Notes: generated by a model not told the origin, from the sequence alone. A stretch of 64,000 bases of DNA from an uncultured Nitrososphaerota archaeon (GCA_963799845.1 CAWCYI010000006.1:288001-352000), one strand, 5' to 3'; shown: positions 32,313 to 43,313, counted from the stretch's first letter. Made by a program: numbers and translations.

Positions 32313-33338
32313 TTACGCGGCAACCGGTTGCGTCAGTTCAATCTCTCTCTTGGTCTTGAAGTCTATATCGTAGTGGCATTCAATCCAGTGTCCTGGTTCT
32401 ATTTCAACTAGTGGCGGGAAATCTTCTTTGCACTTGTTTGTAGCGTAGGGACACCGGGTGCGGAACCTGCAGCCGCTTGGAATGTCGATAGGACTCGGAA
32501 CGTCTCCTTCAAGCACCCCCATTTCTTTCCTTTTTTGCGGGTCGGGGTTGGGAACTGACGAAAGTAGCGCTTGTGTATATGGGTGCTTGGGATTCTCATA
32601 TATCAACTTCATTGAACCAATTTCGACGATTCTGCCCAAATACATGACAGCGACTCGGTCACACATGTGTCTGATGACTGAAAGATTGTGAGAGATGAAA
32701 AGATATGTCAGATTGTAATCACTCTGCAACTTTTTCAGAAGGTTGAGGATCTGAGCCTGAACTGAAACATCCAGAGACGAAGTAGGTTCATCCAAAAGCA
32801 GAAACTGCGGATTGACCGCGAGCGCTCTCGCGATGGCAATCCTTTGTCTCTGTCCTCCGCTAAATTCATGTGGGAATCTTGAGAGATGATCCGGGTTCAA
32901 CCCGACCGTTTCGATAAGCCTTTCCACGGCGCGGTTTGCTTCGTCTCTAGAATTGATCACGTGGTGAATTCTCATTGGTTCGGTTAGCGTAGAGCGGATG
33001 GACTGCCTCGGATCTAAGGAGGCGTACGGGTCTTGAAAGACCATTTGCATTCTCCGTCGGAAGGGTTTCAGGCTACGTCCCTTCAACTTTGCAAGGTCAG
33101 TATTCTCGAATAAGATCTGGCCCTTTGTCACGTTTGTCAGCCTCATGAGAGTTCGAGCGACCGTTGTCTTTCCCGATCCGGATTCCCCTACTAGTCCCAT
33201 CGTCTCCCCTTTTTTAATTGCCAGAGAGACGCCGTCGACCGCTTTCACGTTTGCAACAGTTTTTCCAAAGAGACCTCCCTTGATCGGAAACCACTTGTAC
33301 ACATTTTCGATTCTTATCAGGTCTTCGCTAGTTTCCAT
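32313..33338 (-). CDS. oppF: Oligopeptide/dipeptide ABC transporter ATPase
   Basis: GESGSGKT, FSGGQRQR, LLDEPTS, CRFRTRC. Confidence 0.93.
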   Translation of the reverse strand: METSEDLIRIENVYKWFPIKGGLFGKTVANVKAVDGVSLAIKKGETMGLVGESGSGKTTVARTLMRLTNVTKGQILFENTDLAKLKGRSLKPFRRRMQMVFQDPYASLDPRQSIRSTLTEPMRIHHVINSRDEANRAVERLIETVGLNPDHLSRFPHEFSGGQRQRIAIARALAVNPQFLLLDEPTSSLDVSVQAQILNLLKKLQSDYNLTYLFISHNLSVIRHMCDRVAVMYLGRIVEIGSMKLIYENPKHPYTQALLSSVPNPDPQKRKEMGVLEGDVPSPIDIPSGCRFRTRCPYATNKCKEDFPPLVEIEPGHWIECHYDIDFKTKREIELTQPVAA

Positions 33339-33349
33339 CAACAAATCCC

Positions 33350-34481
33350 TCAGTACAGCCAACATTCTACAAAATGATTTGGGCGTGCTTCTATTAACAG
33401 AGGCTTTGTCTGGACGCACTTGTCCATTACATACTGGCAGCGCGGATGAAATCGGCATCCAGAGGGAGGAAATATCAGATTAGGAACGCTTCCCTTGATC
33501 GACTCCAGTGCTGAAGAGGCATCAGGTTTCGGAACCGCCGCAAACAAGCCCTTAGTATAAGGGTGCAGTGGATTTTGAAACATTTCAAAAACGTCGGCAA
33601 TTTCCACAATATTACCTGCATACATGACGGCCACGCGGTCACAGGTCTCTGCCACCACTCCAAGATCGTGCGTTATTAGGATAATCGAGGAATCAATCTT
33701 GTCTCTAAGGTCCTTTAGGAGCTTCAAAATCTGGGCCTGGACCGTCACATCCAGCGCCGTAGTTATTTCGTCCGCCAGCAAAACCTTTGGTCTTCTGACA
33801 AGAGCCATCGCGATCATGGCCCTTTGACGCATCCCGCCGGATAATTCAAAAGGATACATCTTGTAGACGCGTTCAGCTTCCGGTAGACGCACTAGCTTTA
33901 GGTATTCTATAGCGAGTAGTTTTGCCAGTCTCTTTCCTTCTCTCTTGCTTATCCTGCCACCGGAGCTTTTCACTGCTTCGAGCTTTTCTTTTTCGTGGTG
34001 GAGCTCGGCGGAACTGCTAGAATCTGATTTAATCTCGGCATCAATTTGATCCAACCTCGACTGGACGAGTTCATCTTGAAACACTTTCAGATTCCCGCTA
34101 AACACTTCGATGATTTGATTTCCGATCGTTATCACGGGATTAAGATAGGTCATGGGATCCTGAAACACGAGCGCAATTTCTGTCAGACGAGCAATCCTGA
34201 TTTCTTTCTTTGACCTTTTGAGTAGGTCGTTACCGTTCAGGATTACCTGACCTCCTAGGACATTCGCGTTCTCAGGAAGTAATCCTGCAATAGCAAGCGC
34301 AGTGACCGATTTGCCGCAACCAGATTCCCCTACCAAGCCGAGGACTTCTCCGCTGTAAACTGTTAGATTAATTCCGTCGAGAGCCTTCACGACTCCCGCG
34401 TAAGTGTTGAACACGACTCGAAGATCTTTTACCTCGAGCGCGGGCTCTCGATGAGCTCAGCTGCGTCTGAGAATCTAGCAA
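33350..34481 (-). CDS. oppD: Oligopeptide/dipeptide ABC transporter ATPase (probable 5' frameshift near 34445)
   Basis: GESGCGKS, LSGGMRQR, ADEITTALD, CRFHPRC. Confidence 0.92.
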
Positions 34482-34521
34482 AATATTCCCAACGTTTCAC
34501 ATGATGACAATATGACTCGAT

Positions 34522-35484
34522 TCAGCGTCTCAGCCGAGGATCCAAAATGTCCCGTATGCCATCGCCCAACAGATTGAAGCCTAACGCTACTATAACAATA
34601 GTAAGACCTGGGAACACTATGAGCCACGGTGCTATCGAAACAAAGTTTATCCCGTCACTGACTAGTTTCCCAAGTTCCGGGGTCAAAGGACTGGGAGCAA
34701 AACCAAGGAACATTAGTGAGGAAAATACCAGAATTACTCCTCCAATGTCAAGTGTAAGTTGAACCAGCACTGGGTATATTGAGTTGGGTAGAATGTGCAG
34801 AAATAGAACACGGAACCTGCTCGCTCCCGTTGCTCGCAGAGCTTCCGCGTAGGGCTTTTCCTTCTCGGTTAGTATCTGTGATCTAACTAGCCTGACGTAA
34901 AGAGGCCACCAAATTACGAGCACTGCAATGGTGAGCATCGTGAGGTTGCGTCCAAAGACCGTGACGAGTACTATCGCGAGTACAAGTCCCGGAAACGCGA
35001 AAAATATGTCAGTGACGCGGAGGATCGCTTCGTCGAGGATCCCACCAGCATAGGCAGCAACAGAACCCAAAACTATTCCAATTGCGAAGGCCGAAAACAC
35101 AATTGAAAAAGAGATTTGGAGATCTATTGGTAATCCCAGGATTATCATCGTCAGGACATCTCGACCGTACAGATCAGTACCAAGCAGGTGAACCGCAGTG
35201 CCTGGACACGGTGCAATGTTCACTAGATTCCAGTCGATTGCTGGATTATTCCAACATAGTTTCGCGGATAGGTCAGTAAACTTCCAAGCGTTAGGATTGA
35301 CCAAGTGTCCGGAGAAAACCGCCACAAAGATCGATGTGACAGCGATCACAGATCCTATTAGCACAAGCGGATTTTTCCTGGCGAGATGCAGGGCGTATTC
35401 GATTTCGGCTATTCTACCGGATCGCTGCGCCTTCCTTATGCTTTCTTTTAGTTCTTTATCAGATTCGGATATTTCTTCCAACAA
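34522..35484 (-). CDS. oppC: Peptide ABC transporter permease
   Basis: HLLGTDLYGRD, EAA-like loop, FNLLGDGIRDILDPR. Confidence 0.93.
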   Translation of the reverse strand: MLEEISESDKELKESIRKAQRSGRIAEIEYALHLARKNPLVLIGSVIAVTSIFVAVFSGHLVNPNAWKFTDLSAKLCWNNPAIDWNLVNIAPCPGTAVHLLGTDLYGRDVLTMIILGLPIDLQISFSIVFSAFAIGIVLGSVAAYAGGILDEAILRVTDIFFAFPGLVLAIVLVTVFGRNLTMLTIAVLVIWWPLYVRLVRSQILTEKEKPYAEALRATGASRFRVLFLHILPNSIYPVLVQLTLDIGGVILVFSSLMFLGFAPSPLTPELGKLVSDGINFVSIAPWLIVFPGLTIVIVALGFNLLGDGIRDILDPRLRR

Positions 35485-35507
35485 CTTTTATTCTTCTCCC
35501 TCTTATC

Positions 35508-36626
35508 TCAATACCTTATCCTTGGATCCAAGAACGCATACAATACGTCAACTATCAAATTAGATAGTACAATAATCAATGCTGTGACAAGAGTATAGAG
35601 TTCCAAGAAATTAATGTCGACGTACAGCGACGCAGAAAGAGCTGCGACTCCAATGCCAGGCCAAGAAAATACATATTCAACCACAACGACTCCGCCTAGC
35701 AAGGATGCTAGGATAAGTCCGCTTATTGTTAGCGCTGGCAAAAGCGCATTCTTTAGGGCGTGACGGTAAATTACAGTCCTCTCAAGCAAGCCCTTAGATC
35801 GGGCAAGGAGAATGTAATCCTGTCTGAGACATTCCATCATACTTGACCTTACGATTCTCGTAAGCGCCCCGAGAGTCGAAAAGCTGAGGGTAATCGCGGG
35901 TAGAGCTAGCGCCATAAGTGAATCCCAAAAATAGCCTGGATTCCCCGAAATAATAGCATCGAATATAGGTGCTCCGGTAACGGTTTTGACAGTACCCACA
36001 TTCGAAAAGCAGAGTCCACAGGTGGTACTCAAAAGCCCGTTGGAAGGGAGCACCCCGGAATTGTTTACTCGAATATAAAGCACAAAAACAATTTGAAGAA
36101 TGAATGCCAGCCAAAAGACTGGCATGGAATATCCGGTCAGAGCGACGATTCTAGAAACGTGGTCCGGAAGTTTGTTGTTTTTTGTCGCCGAAATTATTCC
36201 CATGGGAAGAGCTATGACGACTGTCAGAATAGCACCTGCAATGGCGAGTTCCGCGGTTGCGGGAAAACGAGAGGAGAAAAGCCCCAACGTCGTCTGTCCC
36301 GATCCAATGTCTGGCAACAAGCTGTATCCCCAGTTTCCTTTTAGGGCGTTCGCAAGCCACGAAAAATATTGCGAATATAGGGGAACCACACAACCATGGG
36401 CCTGCTGACCAAATGCCGTCCAGGACGGGCAGGATCTAGTTGCTACTCCTAGTCCAACGGCCAGCCCAAGTTTCGTCGGATCATTCATTCTCGGTGTAAT
36501 ATAAGCCGCGAGGGCGAAAGTCGGAGGTAGAATCCCCCTCGTGAGGTAGAACACTATAACGCTGACTACTAGAAGGACGAATACCATCAAAATGAGTCTT
36601 CGAATGATGTATTCGTAGAGTTTCAT
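35508..36626 (-). CDS. oppB: Peptide ABC transporter permease
   Basis: YIIRRL, ARSKGL, HALKNA, DVLYAFLDPRIR. Confidence 0.93.
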   Translation of the reverse strand: MKLYEYIIRRLILMVFVLLVVSVIVFYLTRGILPPTFALAAYITPRMNDPTKLGLAVGLGVATRSCPSWTAFGQQAHGCVVPLYSQYFSWLANALKGNWGYSLLPDIGSGQTTLGLFSSRFPATAELAIAGAILTVVIALPMGIISATKNNKLPDHVSRIVALTGYSMPVFWLAFILQIVFVLYIRVNNSGVLPSNGLLSTTCGLCFSNVGTVKTVTGAPIFDAIISGNPGYFWDSLMALALPAITLSFSTLGALTRIVRSSMMECLRQDYILLARSKGLLERTVIYRHALKNALLPALTISGLILASLLGGVVVVEYVFSWPGIGVAALSASLYVDINFLELYTLVTALIIVLSNLIVDVLYAFLDPRIRY

Positions 36627-36761
36627 GCCATTTCAACATGGAATTGTGCAATAAAAACGTGAGCCTTACATTTCATTCAGTATCCTCTGAATGACCATAA
36701 CAAAAACAGGGGCAGTAGGCATGTGAAACGCATGCCTACCATTTCGCAGGGTTGCTGACTC

Positions 36762-39056
36762 CTAGTATAACGTGTAGAAGTACTCCAGCGCGTCTCCGCC
36801 GGCGTCAGTCGACGAAGCTGTGTTGTAGACGAACCCGTGGACGTTTGATGTCACTACGAGGATATTGAGCGGATAAATTGTCCAGAGGTACATCACACCT
36901 TGGTTCGCGATCTCATTCATAAGTTGGGCTGCTTGAATAACTCCTGTAACATTGTTGGTCGCTGTATCCGTTACCTGTTGTTGATAGAGATTCTCCATTT
37001 CAGTCAAGTTCCAATGATCTGGACCAGGATACGACTGGTAGGGAGCATACATTGCTCCAGTAAAGTCGACGACCCAGTTATAGTCAGCAAACCATCCAAG
37101 AGAATAGACGTAGTATGGGTTCTGAGCGCCGAGAGCGGTTGACACCATAGCTCCGATTGGTACGGGGACGACGGAAACCTGTAGACCCATGTTGTAAGTC
37201 GAGCTTATGTTGTTTATCACCTCGGCAATCTGGGTGAAGACTTGAATGTCAATATCATCCGCGGCCGCTACGTACAGATTGATCGCCGGTGTTGAAATTG
37301 GCTTGCTACAGCTCCCAGAAGCAGGTAGAGGGTTGCAACCGAAGGAGTTGTTGAAGTAGCCGGCCGGAGCTGCAGTTCCATTATAGAAGTTAAAGTTAGT
37401 CAACGGACTCTGCATCGCGCTCAACAACAATTGTGCAGCCGCGTCCGGATTGTAGCTGTATCTCGGAGTTATGGATGAGTTGAATGATCCCTCGGGAGCA
37501 AGTCCAGGTGCGATAACATTCGTCGCAACCTGCCCAAGCTTGTTGTTTACATCAGCGTTGATTTCGGACATGTTCACAGCATCAGAGAATGCCAACCTGA
37601 ACCTGACATCGGCGAACGGTTGGAACACATATGGCTCACCGGTCTGGGGATTAGTTACATTTTGATCAAATATTTCAAATAAAGTACTCAGACCTGACAC
37701 GGGACCGAATAGCGATATTCCAGGAATAGTTGATGACAATACGTCGTTGTTAAGCCAAGCTGTTCTATTTGCAATGTCATAAAGATGGTCACCCGGAAGA
37801 TCAATTGCCATTGCCTGGCCTGACCTCGCAGCGTTCTCCAAGTCTAATTCAGCAGTCTTTGGATCTGGAACATAGTTGATATCAATGGTCTTGATCTGCG
37901 GTGCGATCTTTTGAGGATCTGCTCCACCCCAGTAATTGGAGTTTGCAGTCAGTACGATATTATTCGTCTGCTGGTTTACACTAGTTATTGTGTATGGGCC
38001 AGTTCCAGCAAGTGAACCTCCATATGAGTCGTCCAGATATGTCCGACCGCATCCATTCGGAGTAGCACCAGTATAGCAAGTCGCTATCTCATCATGCAGA
38101 TATTGGTTGATCATGGTGGTCGCATTACCGCTCGGACTAGGATACGGCAAAGTGTACCCATTGCTTGATTGGCTCCAGAGTGCAATGTCTTTCTGCATGA
38201 CGTAATCTGGAGCAATCATGGCAGCCAGAGGATCGTCCGCAAGTATTTGGAATATTGCCGCATTTGGATGCATTATGTGCATCGTGAACGTCATTGGTCC
38301 AGTGATCTGAATAAAGTTCTCATTCAGAACCTGTTGAGCCCAAGCATTCGTGTAACTGTGCGGACCACTCAGGATCCAGGAGAGGGACGTGTTCAAAAGT
38401 TGCTGGAGAATCCAAGCCCCTCCTTGGTGTCCGTTATAGTAAGCAGCGTCGAATATGAGAAATCTGTTGAAGGTAAAGTAGGCAGCGGTTGAATTGAGCT
38501 GTTCACCATCCCCAAAGGTTATTCCACTTCTAAGGGTGAAATTCACTGTCATCCCATTTGCAGACTCGGTAACAGTTTGTGCGAGCCACGGAATCGTAAG
38601 CCCGGAGTTAGTCCCGTTGAAGTACATAAGATTCTCATATACATTCTGGTCATAAGTATAATCGACCGAAAAATAGGACGTAGATGGATCCAGATCTTGA
38701 TATGTTCCACTAACCTCGTATGTAAAAGTAGAAGGAACTGCAGCACTCGAGGTCGACGTCGTCGAGGTAGTTGTTGGAGGAGCTGAAGACGTAGTTGAGG
38801 TAGTTGGAGGAGCTGAAGACGAGCTAGTAGTTGGGGGCACCGATGAGCTTGTTGTAGAAGAAGTCGAAGTCGTCGGAGGCGAAACACTACTCGTAGAAGT
38901 TACTGGAGCAGTACTTGTAGTCGAAGTAGTACTAGCCTTGCCAGACAAGGCAGCGTAACCACCCACTGCTATTATCACAATGATGATTACAACAATCGCA
39001 ATACCGGCCATCCTACTGATAGCGTATCGAAGTTTAGAACCAGGTGTAGAAAGCAT
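36762..39056 (-). CDS. oppA: Peptide ABC transporter substrate-binding protein, family 5, membrane anchored
   Basis: N-terminal TM helix, Ser/Thr/Pro linker, LDPS, NVYENL, FTLRSGITF.DG, GTGPY. Confidence 0.9.
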   Translation of the reverse strand: MLSTPGSKLRYAISRMAGIAIVVIIIVIIAVGGYAALSGKASTTSTTSTAPVTSTSSVSPPTTSTSSTTSSSVPPTTSSSSAPPTTSTTSSAPPTTTSTTSTSSAAVPSTFTYEVSGTYQDLDPSTSYFSVDYTYDQNVYENLMYFNGTNSGLTIPWLAQTVTESANGMTVNFTLRSGITFGDGEQLNSTAAYFTFNRFLIFDAAYYNGHQGGAWILQQLLNTSLSWILSGPHSYTNAWAQQVLNENFIQITGPMTFTMHIMHPNAAIFQILADDPLAAMIAPDYVMQKDIALWSQSSNGYTLPYPSPSGNATTMINQYLHDEIATCYTGATPNGCGRTYLDDSYGGSLAGTGPYTITSVNQQTNNIVLTANSNYWGGADPQKIAPQIKTIDINYVPDPKTAELDLENAARSGQAMAIDLPGDHLYDIANRTAWLNNDVLSSTIPGISLFGPVSGLSTLFEIFDQNVTNPQTGEPYVFQPFADVRFRLAFSDAVNMSEINADVNNKLGQVATNVIAPGLAPEGSFNSSITPRYSYNPDAAAQLLLSAMQSPLTNFNFYNGTAAPAGYFNNSFGCNPLPASGSCSKPISTPAINLYVAAADDIDIQVFTQIAEVINNISSTYNMGLQVSVVPVPIGAMVSTALGAQNPYYVYSLGWFADYNWVVDFTGAMYAPYQSYPGPDHWNLTEMENLYQQQVTDTATNNVTGVIQAAQLMNEIANQGVMYLWTIYPLNILVVTSNVHGFVYNTASSTDAGGDALEYFYTLY
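38740..38935 (-). repeat. Low-complexity Ser/Thr-rich linker with (S)SAPPTT-like repeats in oppA
   Basis: Repeated GGAGGAGCTGAAGAC / GTAGTTG units. Confidence 0.7.
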
Positions 39057-39249
39057 GACCGAAAAGGTCTCATCCGAATGTTAAAAGCTTTGTTACCAAA
39101 TCCTCGAATATGCTCACAGAATCCCAGTGCTGCACGCGCTATACTATTGCTGGCCAGATTTTGTAGTCGAATGATTTGCTCTAATTTTCCGCGTTTATTC
39201 GAAACCGAAGAACATTCAAATATTCAGCAAGGCGGGACGGACCGCTAAA

Positions 39250-39411
39250 TTGACCGATACCAAAGAAGCCTCACCAGAAGGTGGAACCAACACAGAACCT
39301 TGTCCTTATTGCAAAGGAAAGTTTCCAAAGGATCTCCCCTTGGTAAACGGAGAGACCCAGCTTCAGAGACATATCAAGGTCTTCCACAGGCAGTTCGCAA
39401 GTGAGTTTTGA
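39250..39411 (+). CDS. 53-aa C2H2-type zinc-finger microprotein (below ORF-track cutoff)
   Basis: TTG start; MTDTKEASPEGGTNTEPCPYCKGKFPKDLPLVNGETQLQRHIKVFHRQFASEF*. Confidence 0.65.
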   Translation: MTDTKEASPEGGTNTEPCPYCKGKFPKDLPLVNGETQLQRHIKVFHRQFASEF

Positions 39412-39427
39412 AAATGGCTAGAGTCGG

Positions 39428-39916
39428 TCAAAGAGATTTGGATAAACTTTGAAGTTCTTTCTGTAATTCTTTGTGCTTTCTTTCCACTCGTTTGGTTTCA
39501 TAGGTCACTGTGGAGAGCAATCTGGCAATCGATGAATAGTCTTTACTTACCCTTTCTACGTGGAAAATTAGGGCGCTACATTTGAAACCCTCCACGGAAG
39601 AATTCATGATCGACTTTAGCAACTTTATTCGTCCCTTGACATAATACATACCGGAGTTCTTTCCTCCCCAGAAAACTATGGTTCCCTGCCTTGTCCTCAA
39701 CAGATTTTTCTTTGAGGAAGAGTTTGCGCCAACAGCAAACAGCATCATCTTCGGAGATTTCACCTCTAACTCTGAAAAACTCAACAAAGCGATGTTGGGG
39801 AAACCCTCATCATCAACTGAGATCAGAAAAACGACTTCTTTCGATTCACGACTGGATTCCAATCGGATTTTTCCGATCAAGGCAGTTGTGAGATCAGGCC
39901 CGAGCTGAATCGCCAA
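39428..39916 (-). CDS. Pyridoxamine 5'-phosphate oxidase-like (split-barrel) protein
   Basis: LISVDDEGFPNIAL, NL.R..GT, YYVKG; follows the Mo-hydroxylase gene. Confidence 0.65.
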   Translation of the reverse strand: MAIQLGPDLTTALIGKIRLESSRESKEVVFLISVDDEGFPNIALLSFSELEVKSPKMMLFAVGANSSSKKNLLRTRQGTIVFWGGKNSGMYYVKGRIKLLKSIMNSSVEGFKCSALIFHVERVSKDYSSIARLLSTVTYETKRVERKHKELQKELQSLSKSL

Positions 39917-39963
39917 TTGGAAAAAGATATCCCTGCTTACCGAGCTGTTAAGCTTCTACGAAG

Positions 39964-42339
39964 TCAAAGTATCAATTCTTTTCTTTGAACGCTTGCTAGA
40001 CTCCAGACGTAATCTAGGGAAAAGGGCATCTTTTCCACTTTGACTCCGTTTACAGACAACGCGTCTCGCACAGCATTCGCAAGAACTGGAGTACCCGCGA
40101 TCGTGCCCGCTTCACCGATGCCCTTGATCCCAAGTGGATTAGCATATGTTGGAGTCTCGGTACGGAAGCTGTGAATATTTGGCAGATCTTCCGCCAGGGG
40201 AATCTGATAATCCAAGAAGCTTGAACTAAGAAGCTGTCCGTTTTCGTCGTATCGTACCTCCTCGAGCAAAGCCTGCCCCAGACCCTGCGCAATTCCCCCG
40301 TGTATTTGACCCTCGACGATCATAGGGTTAATCACTTTGCCGCAGTCATCGACTGAAGTGTAATCAAGTATCTTCAACCTGCCTGTTTCCGGATCAATTT
40401 CCACAACTGCGATGTGAGTTCCAAATGGATAGGTGAAATTTGAGGGTGCGAAGCTGCTGAATGCAAATAGAACAGACTCCATCCCCTTCGGAAGTTTGGT
40501 TGGCTGGTAAGCTCGTCCGGCTATTTTCTCAAAAGAAACTTTCTTCTTAGGATCGTCTGCTTCCCTCGAACGAGATAGAATCTCGCTATCTTGGAAGAAC
40601 AAGTCCTCTTCTGGGACTTCCAAAACCATTGATGCTATCTCTGTCATTTTAGCTTTGATTTTCTCAACCGACATCAGAACGGCAGATCCACCAAGTGCAG
40701 CGGATCTGCTCCCGGCAGTAAAAGTTCCCCAAGGAAGCATCATCGTATCACCATAGACAACGACTATGTCGTCCACTGGGATTCCCAGTTTCTCAGCTAC
40801 AATTTGCGAAAGTGGTGTTTCATGACCTTGACCATGCGGAGAGTTTCCTGTAATTACAGTAACTTTACCTGTCTGGCTTACCGAGACCGCTCCAGTTTGA
40901 GGAAAGTCCGGTCCAAAAGCACATATCTCAACATAAGTGGTTAAACCTATTCCTATCAATCTGCCCGCTGCTCGTCCTCTCTCCTGTTCCTTCCTCCATT
41001 TCTCGTAGTGTGAGAGTTCTAGGGCTCTTTTCAGATTCATTGAATAGTCTCCGGTGTCGTATTCGAGTCCGCCGGCAGTCTTGAACGGAAAGTCTTCCCT
41101 AGGAACAAAATTTCGTAGTCGGACTTCTGCCGGATCTAGTCCAAGTTCCCTAGAAAGTTCGTCCATAGATCTTTCGATGAGATAAGTTGCTTCAGGTCGG
41201 GAAGCGCCTCGATATGCGTCGTGTGGAACTTTGTTGGTGAGGGCGATATAGGCTTCGCCCTTGTATGCAGGGATCAGGTATTGGCCTGGACTCATCCTGA
41301 GCGTGAACGTAGCGTCCGATGAACCTCCAGTCAAGTAAGCACCGGCGTCTCCAATCAGCTTGACCCTCAAACCCAGAATCCTGCCCTTTTCGGTTGTGGC
41401 AAGTTCGACATGCTGCACTTGACCTCTACCATGGGTCATCGAAAGGAAGTTCTCCGATCTAGTCTCAATCCACTTCACCGGTTTCCCAGTAGCTATCGAA
41501 GCAAGACAAACAAGAACATCCTCAGGGTAAAGTGAGATTTTTGCTCCAAATCCCCCACCGACATCTGGCGTATACACTCTTACCTTATTTTCAGGAATGT
41601 GAAGAAAACCTGCCAGATCAGATCTACTTTGAAAAGGTCCTTGATGCGATATCCAGACATTAAGCATCTGAGTACCAACGTCAAAGAAGGCAATTGAAGC
41701 TCTAGGTTCTAGCGGGGCGGGAGAGACGCGTTGATTGAGAAGATCCACTCTTACGATCTTATGAGCTCTCTCGAAAGCTGCGTCAATATCACCAAAGGAG
41801 ACAGTATCGACAAGAACCAGATTGCTCTTGAGGCCCGAATGTGACTTCGGGCTTTCGTCCTTTATGGCAAACTCTGGGTCTACTACAGTAGGTAGCGGCT
41901 CGTATTCAACCCTGACGAGATCTAGAGCATCTTCAGCTTGATATCTGCTGTCTGCAACTACAAATGCTACCGGTTCCCCAACGAAACAAACCTCATCATT
42001 AGCTAGGACTGGACGATTAATCTTAGTACCGTCACTCGCATCCATTACAGGGAGAAGAGAACTTTCTTTGGGAAGATTCTTGAAAGTGAAGACGTGCCTA
42101 ACGCCTGGAGAGTTCTCAGCGGCTAAAGTATCTATGCTCTTGATCTTGGCGTGACCGTAAACACTTCTCAGTACCGCCCCAAACAGGAGATTTGGGAACT
42201 TTATGTCATCAACGTACCGCGTTCGACCTGAAATTATACGCGGATCTTCCTTGCGCTTGAGTGAGAGTCCAATAACCTGGACTGTCTCTTCCTCGACTTT
42301 CGCTTCAGTCGGTCTTGTTGTGAGAACTTGGGTGGACAC
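39964..42339 (-). CDS. Xanthine dehydrogenase-family molybdopterin-binding large subunit (CoxL form II / CutA-like)
   Basis: RKEDPR..G...YVDD, VGGGFGAK, AYRGASRPE, HGQGHET, EGQIHGG, KGIGEAG. Confidence 0.92.
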   Translation of the reverse strand: MSTQVLTTRPTEAKVEEETVQVIGLSLKRKEDPRIISGRTRYVDDIKFPNLLFGAVLRSVYGHAKIKSIDTLAAENSPGVRHVFTFKNLPKESSLLPVMDASDGTKINRPVLANDEVCFVGEPVAFVVADSRYQAEDALDLVRVEYEPLPTVVDPEFAIKDESPKSHSGLKSNLVLVDTVSFGDIDAAFERAHKIVRVDLLNQRVSPAPLEPRASIAFFDVGTQMLNVWISHQGPFQSRSDLAGFLHIPENKVRVYTPDVGGGFGAKISLYPEDVLVCLASIATGKPVKWIETRSENFLSMTHGRGQVQHVELATTEKGRILGLRVKLIGDAGAYLTGGSSDATFTLRMSPGQYLIPAYKGEAYIALTNKVPHDAYRGASRPEATYLIERSMDELSRELGLDPAEVRLRNFVPREDFPFKTAGGLEYDTGDYSMNLKRALELSHYEKWRKEQERGRAAGRLIGIGLTTYVEICAFGPDFPQTGAVSVSQTGKVTVITGNSPHGQGHETPLSQIVAEKLGIPVDDIVVVYGDTMMLPWGTFTAGSRSAALGGSAVLMSVEKIKAKMTEIASMVLEVPEEDLFFQDSEILSRSREADDPKKKVSFEKIAGRAYQPTKLPKGMESVLFAFSSFAPSNFTYPFGTHIAVVEIDPETGRLKILDYTSVDDCGKVINPMIVEGQIHGGIAQGLGQALLEEVRYDENGQLLSSSFLDYQIPLAEDLPNIHSFRTETPTYANPLGIKGIGEAGTIAGTPVLANAVRDALSVNGVKVEKMPFSLDYVWSLASVQRKELIL

Positions 42340-42373
42340 GTCGGGAGTGTGAATTCTGAACGGAATTTATCAT

Positions 42374-43313
42374 TTGCGAGCTCGAAAGGAATGTTCCCCA
42401 AGAAACAAGAAAAACAAGAATTATAGATCTTTCACATATCCACAGTCAGGATTTAATCTCGTGCAGAATCCAAAAGGGCACAAGCTCTATCTCTCCGGAA
42501 TAGGTGAAGTAAGATCATTCTTTCACAGGCCCATGCTGGGATGCGTGAACAGGCTCACAATCAAGCGAGACGCTGGCGAGTGGTATGCGGTGTTCTTGAC
42601 CGAGAAGAAAGACGCGAAACTGCAAAACATTCACGACATTAGAGACGGCAGGGTTAGGGCGTTGATGTGGGACTGGAAAAATTCGTCGTTCAGGACGACT
42701 CGAGCTCGAAGGAGTACCCAAGATTTCTACGCAAATCAGAGCACAAGATTAAGCATTTACAGAAACACATCTCGAGAAAGAGGAGTGGATCAAAGCGTTG
42801 GAGGAGACTTGCGTTTAGGTTGGCGAGATTGCATCTACACGTGAAAAGAGAGCGGGAGGACTATCAGAACAAGCTGGTTTCAACTCTCCTGAACAGAGAC
42901 ACCGATCTTTTGGTGTTGGAGAAACTGTCAATGGGTAGCATGCTGCAAAACCACTCTCTCGCGAAATCCCTGGCTGATGCATCCTTCGGAAGGTTTGCCG
43001 TAAAGTGCATCAACAAAGCAAAGATGCTTGGAAAGCGCGTCATGTTCGTGGATCCTTGGGGCACGAGTCAGTTCTGCTACAACTGTTTGGGTGGGTTCCG
43101 AAGGATCTTTCTCAAAGGGAGCATACCTGTCCCAAGTGCCCTGTCGATATACCTAGAGACCTCAATTCGGCTAGACTGATCAAATGGCTTGGAATCCAAA
43201 GAAGCCCGCCCTCGGACGGAGGGTCGTCACCCGCAGAGTCTTTGCCCCTACCATCTCTTCGGAGAATGGCAAGCAAGCGCGTTGAAGCGGGAAGCCAACA
43301 TCTTAGATGTTAG
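42374..43313 (+). pseudogene. tnpB: IS200/IS605-family TnpB, 5'-truncated, two frameshifts (near 42660 and 43090)
   Basis: YRSFTYPQSGF, GEWYAVF, DVGLEKF (RuvC-I), LVLEKL (RuvC-II), TSQFCYNC...CPKC, RDLNSA (RuvC-III). Confidence 0.88.

Noticed and set aside
39964-42339. Form I aerobic CO dehydrogenase
   Set aside because: It lacks the AYxCSFR motif and the cox accessory genes.
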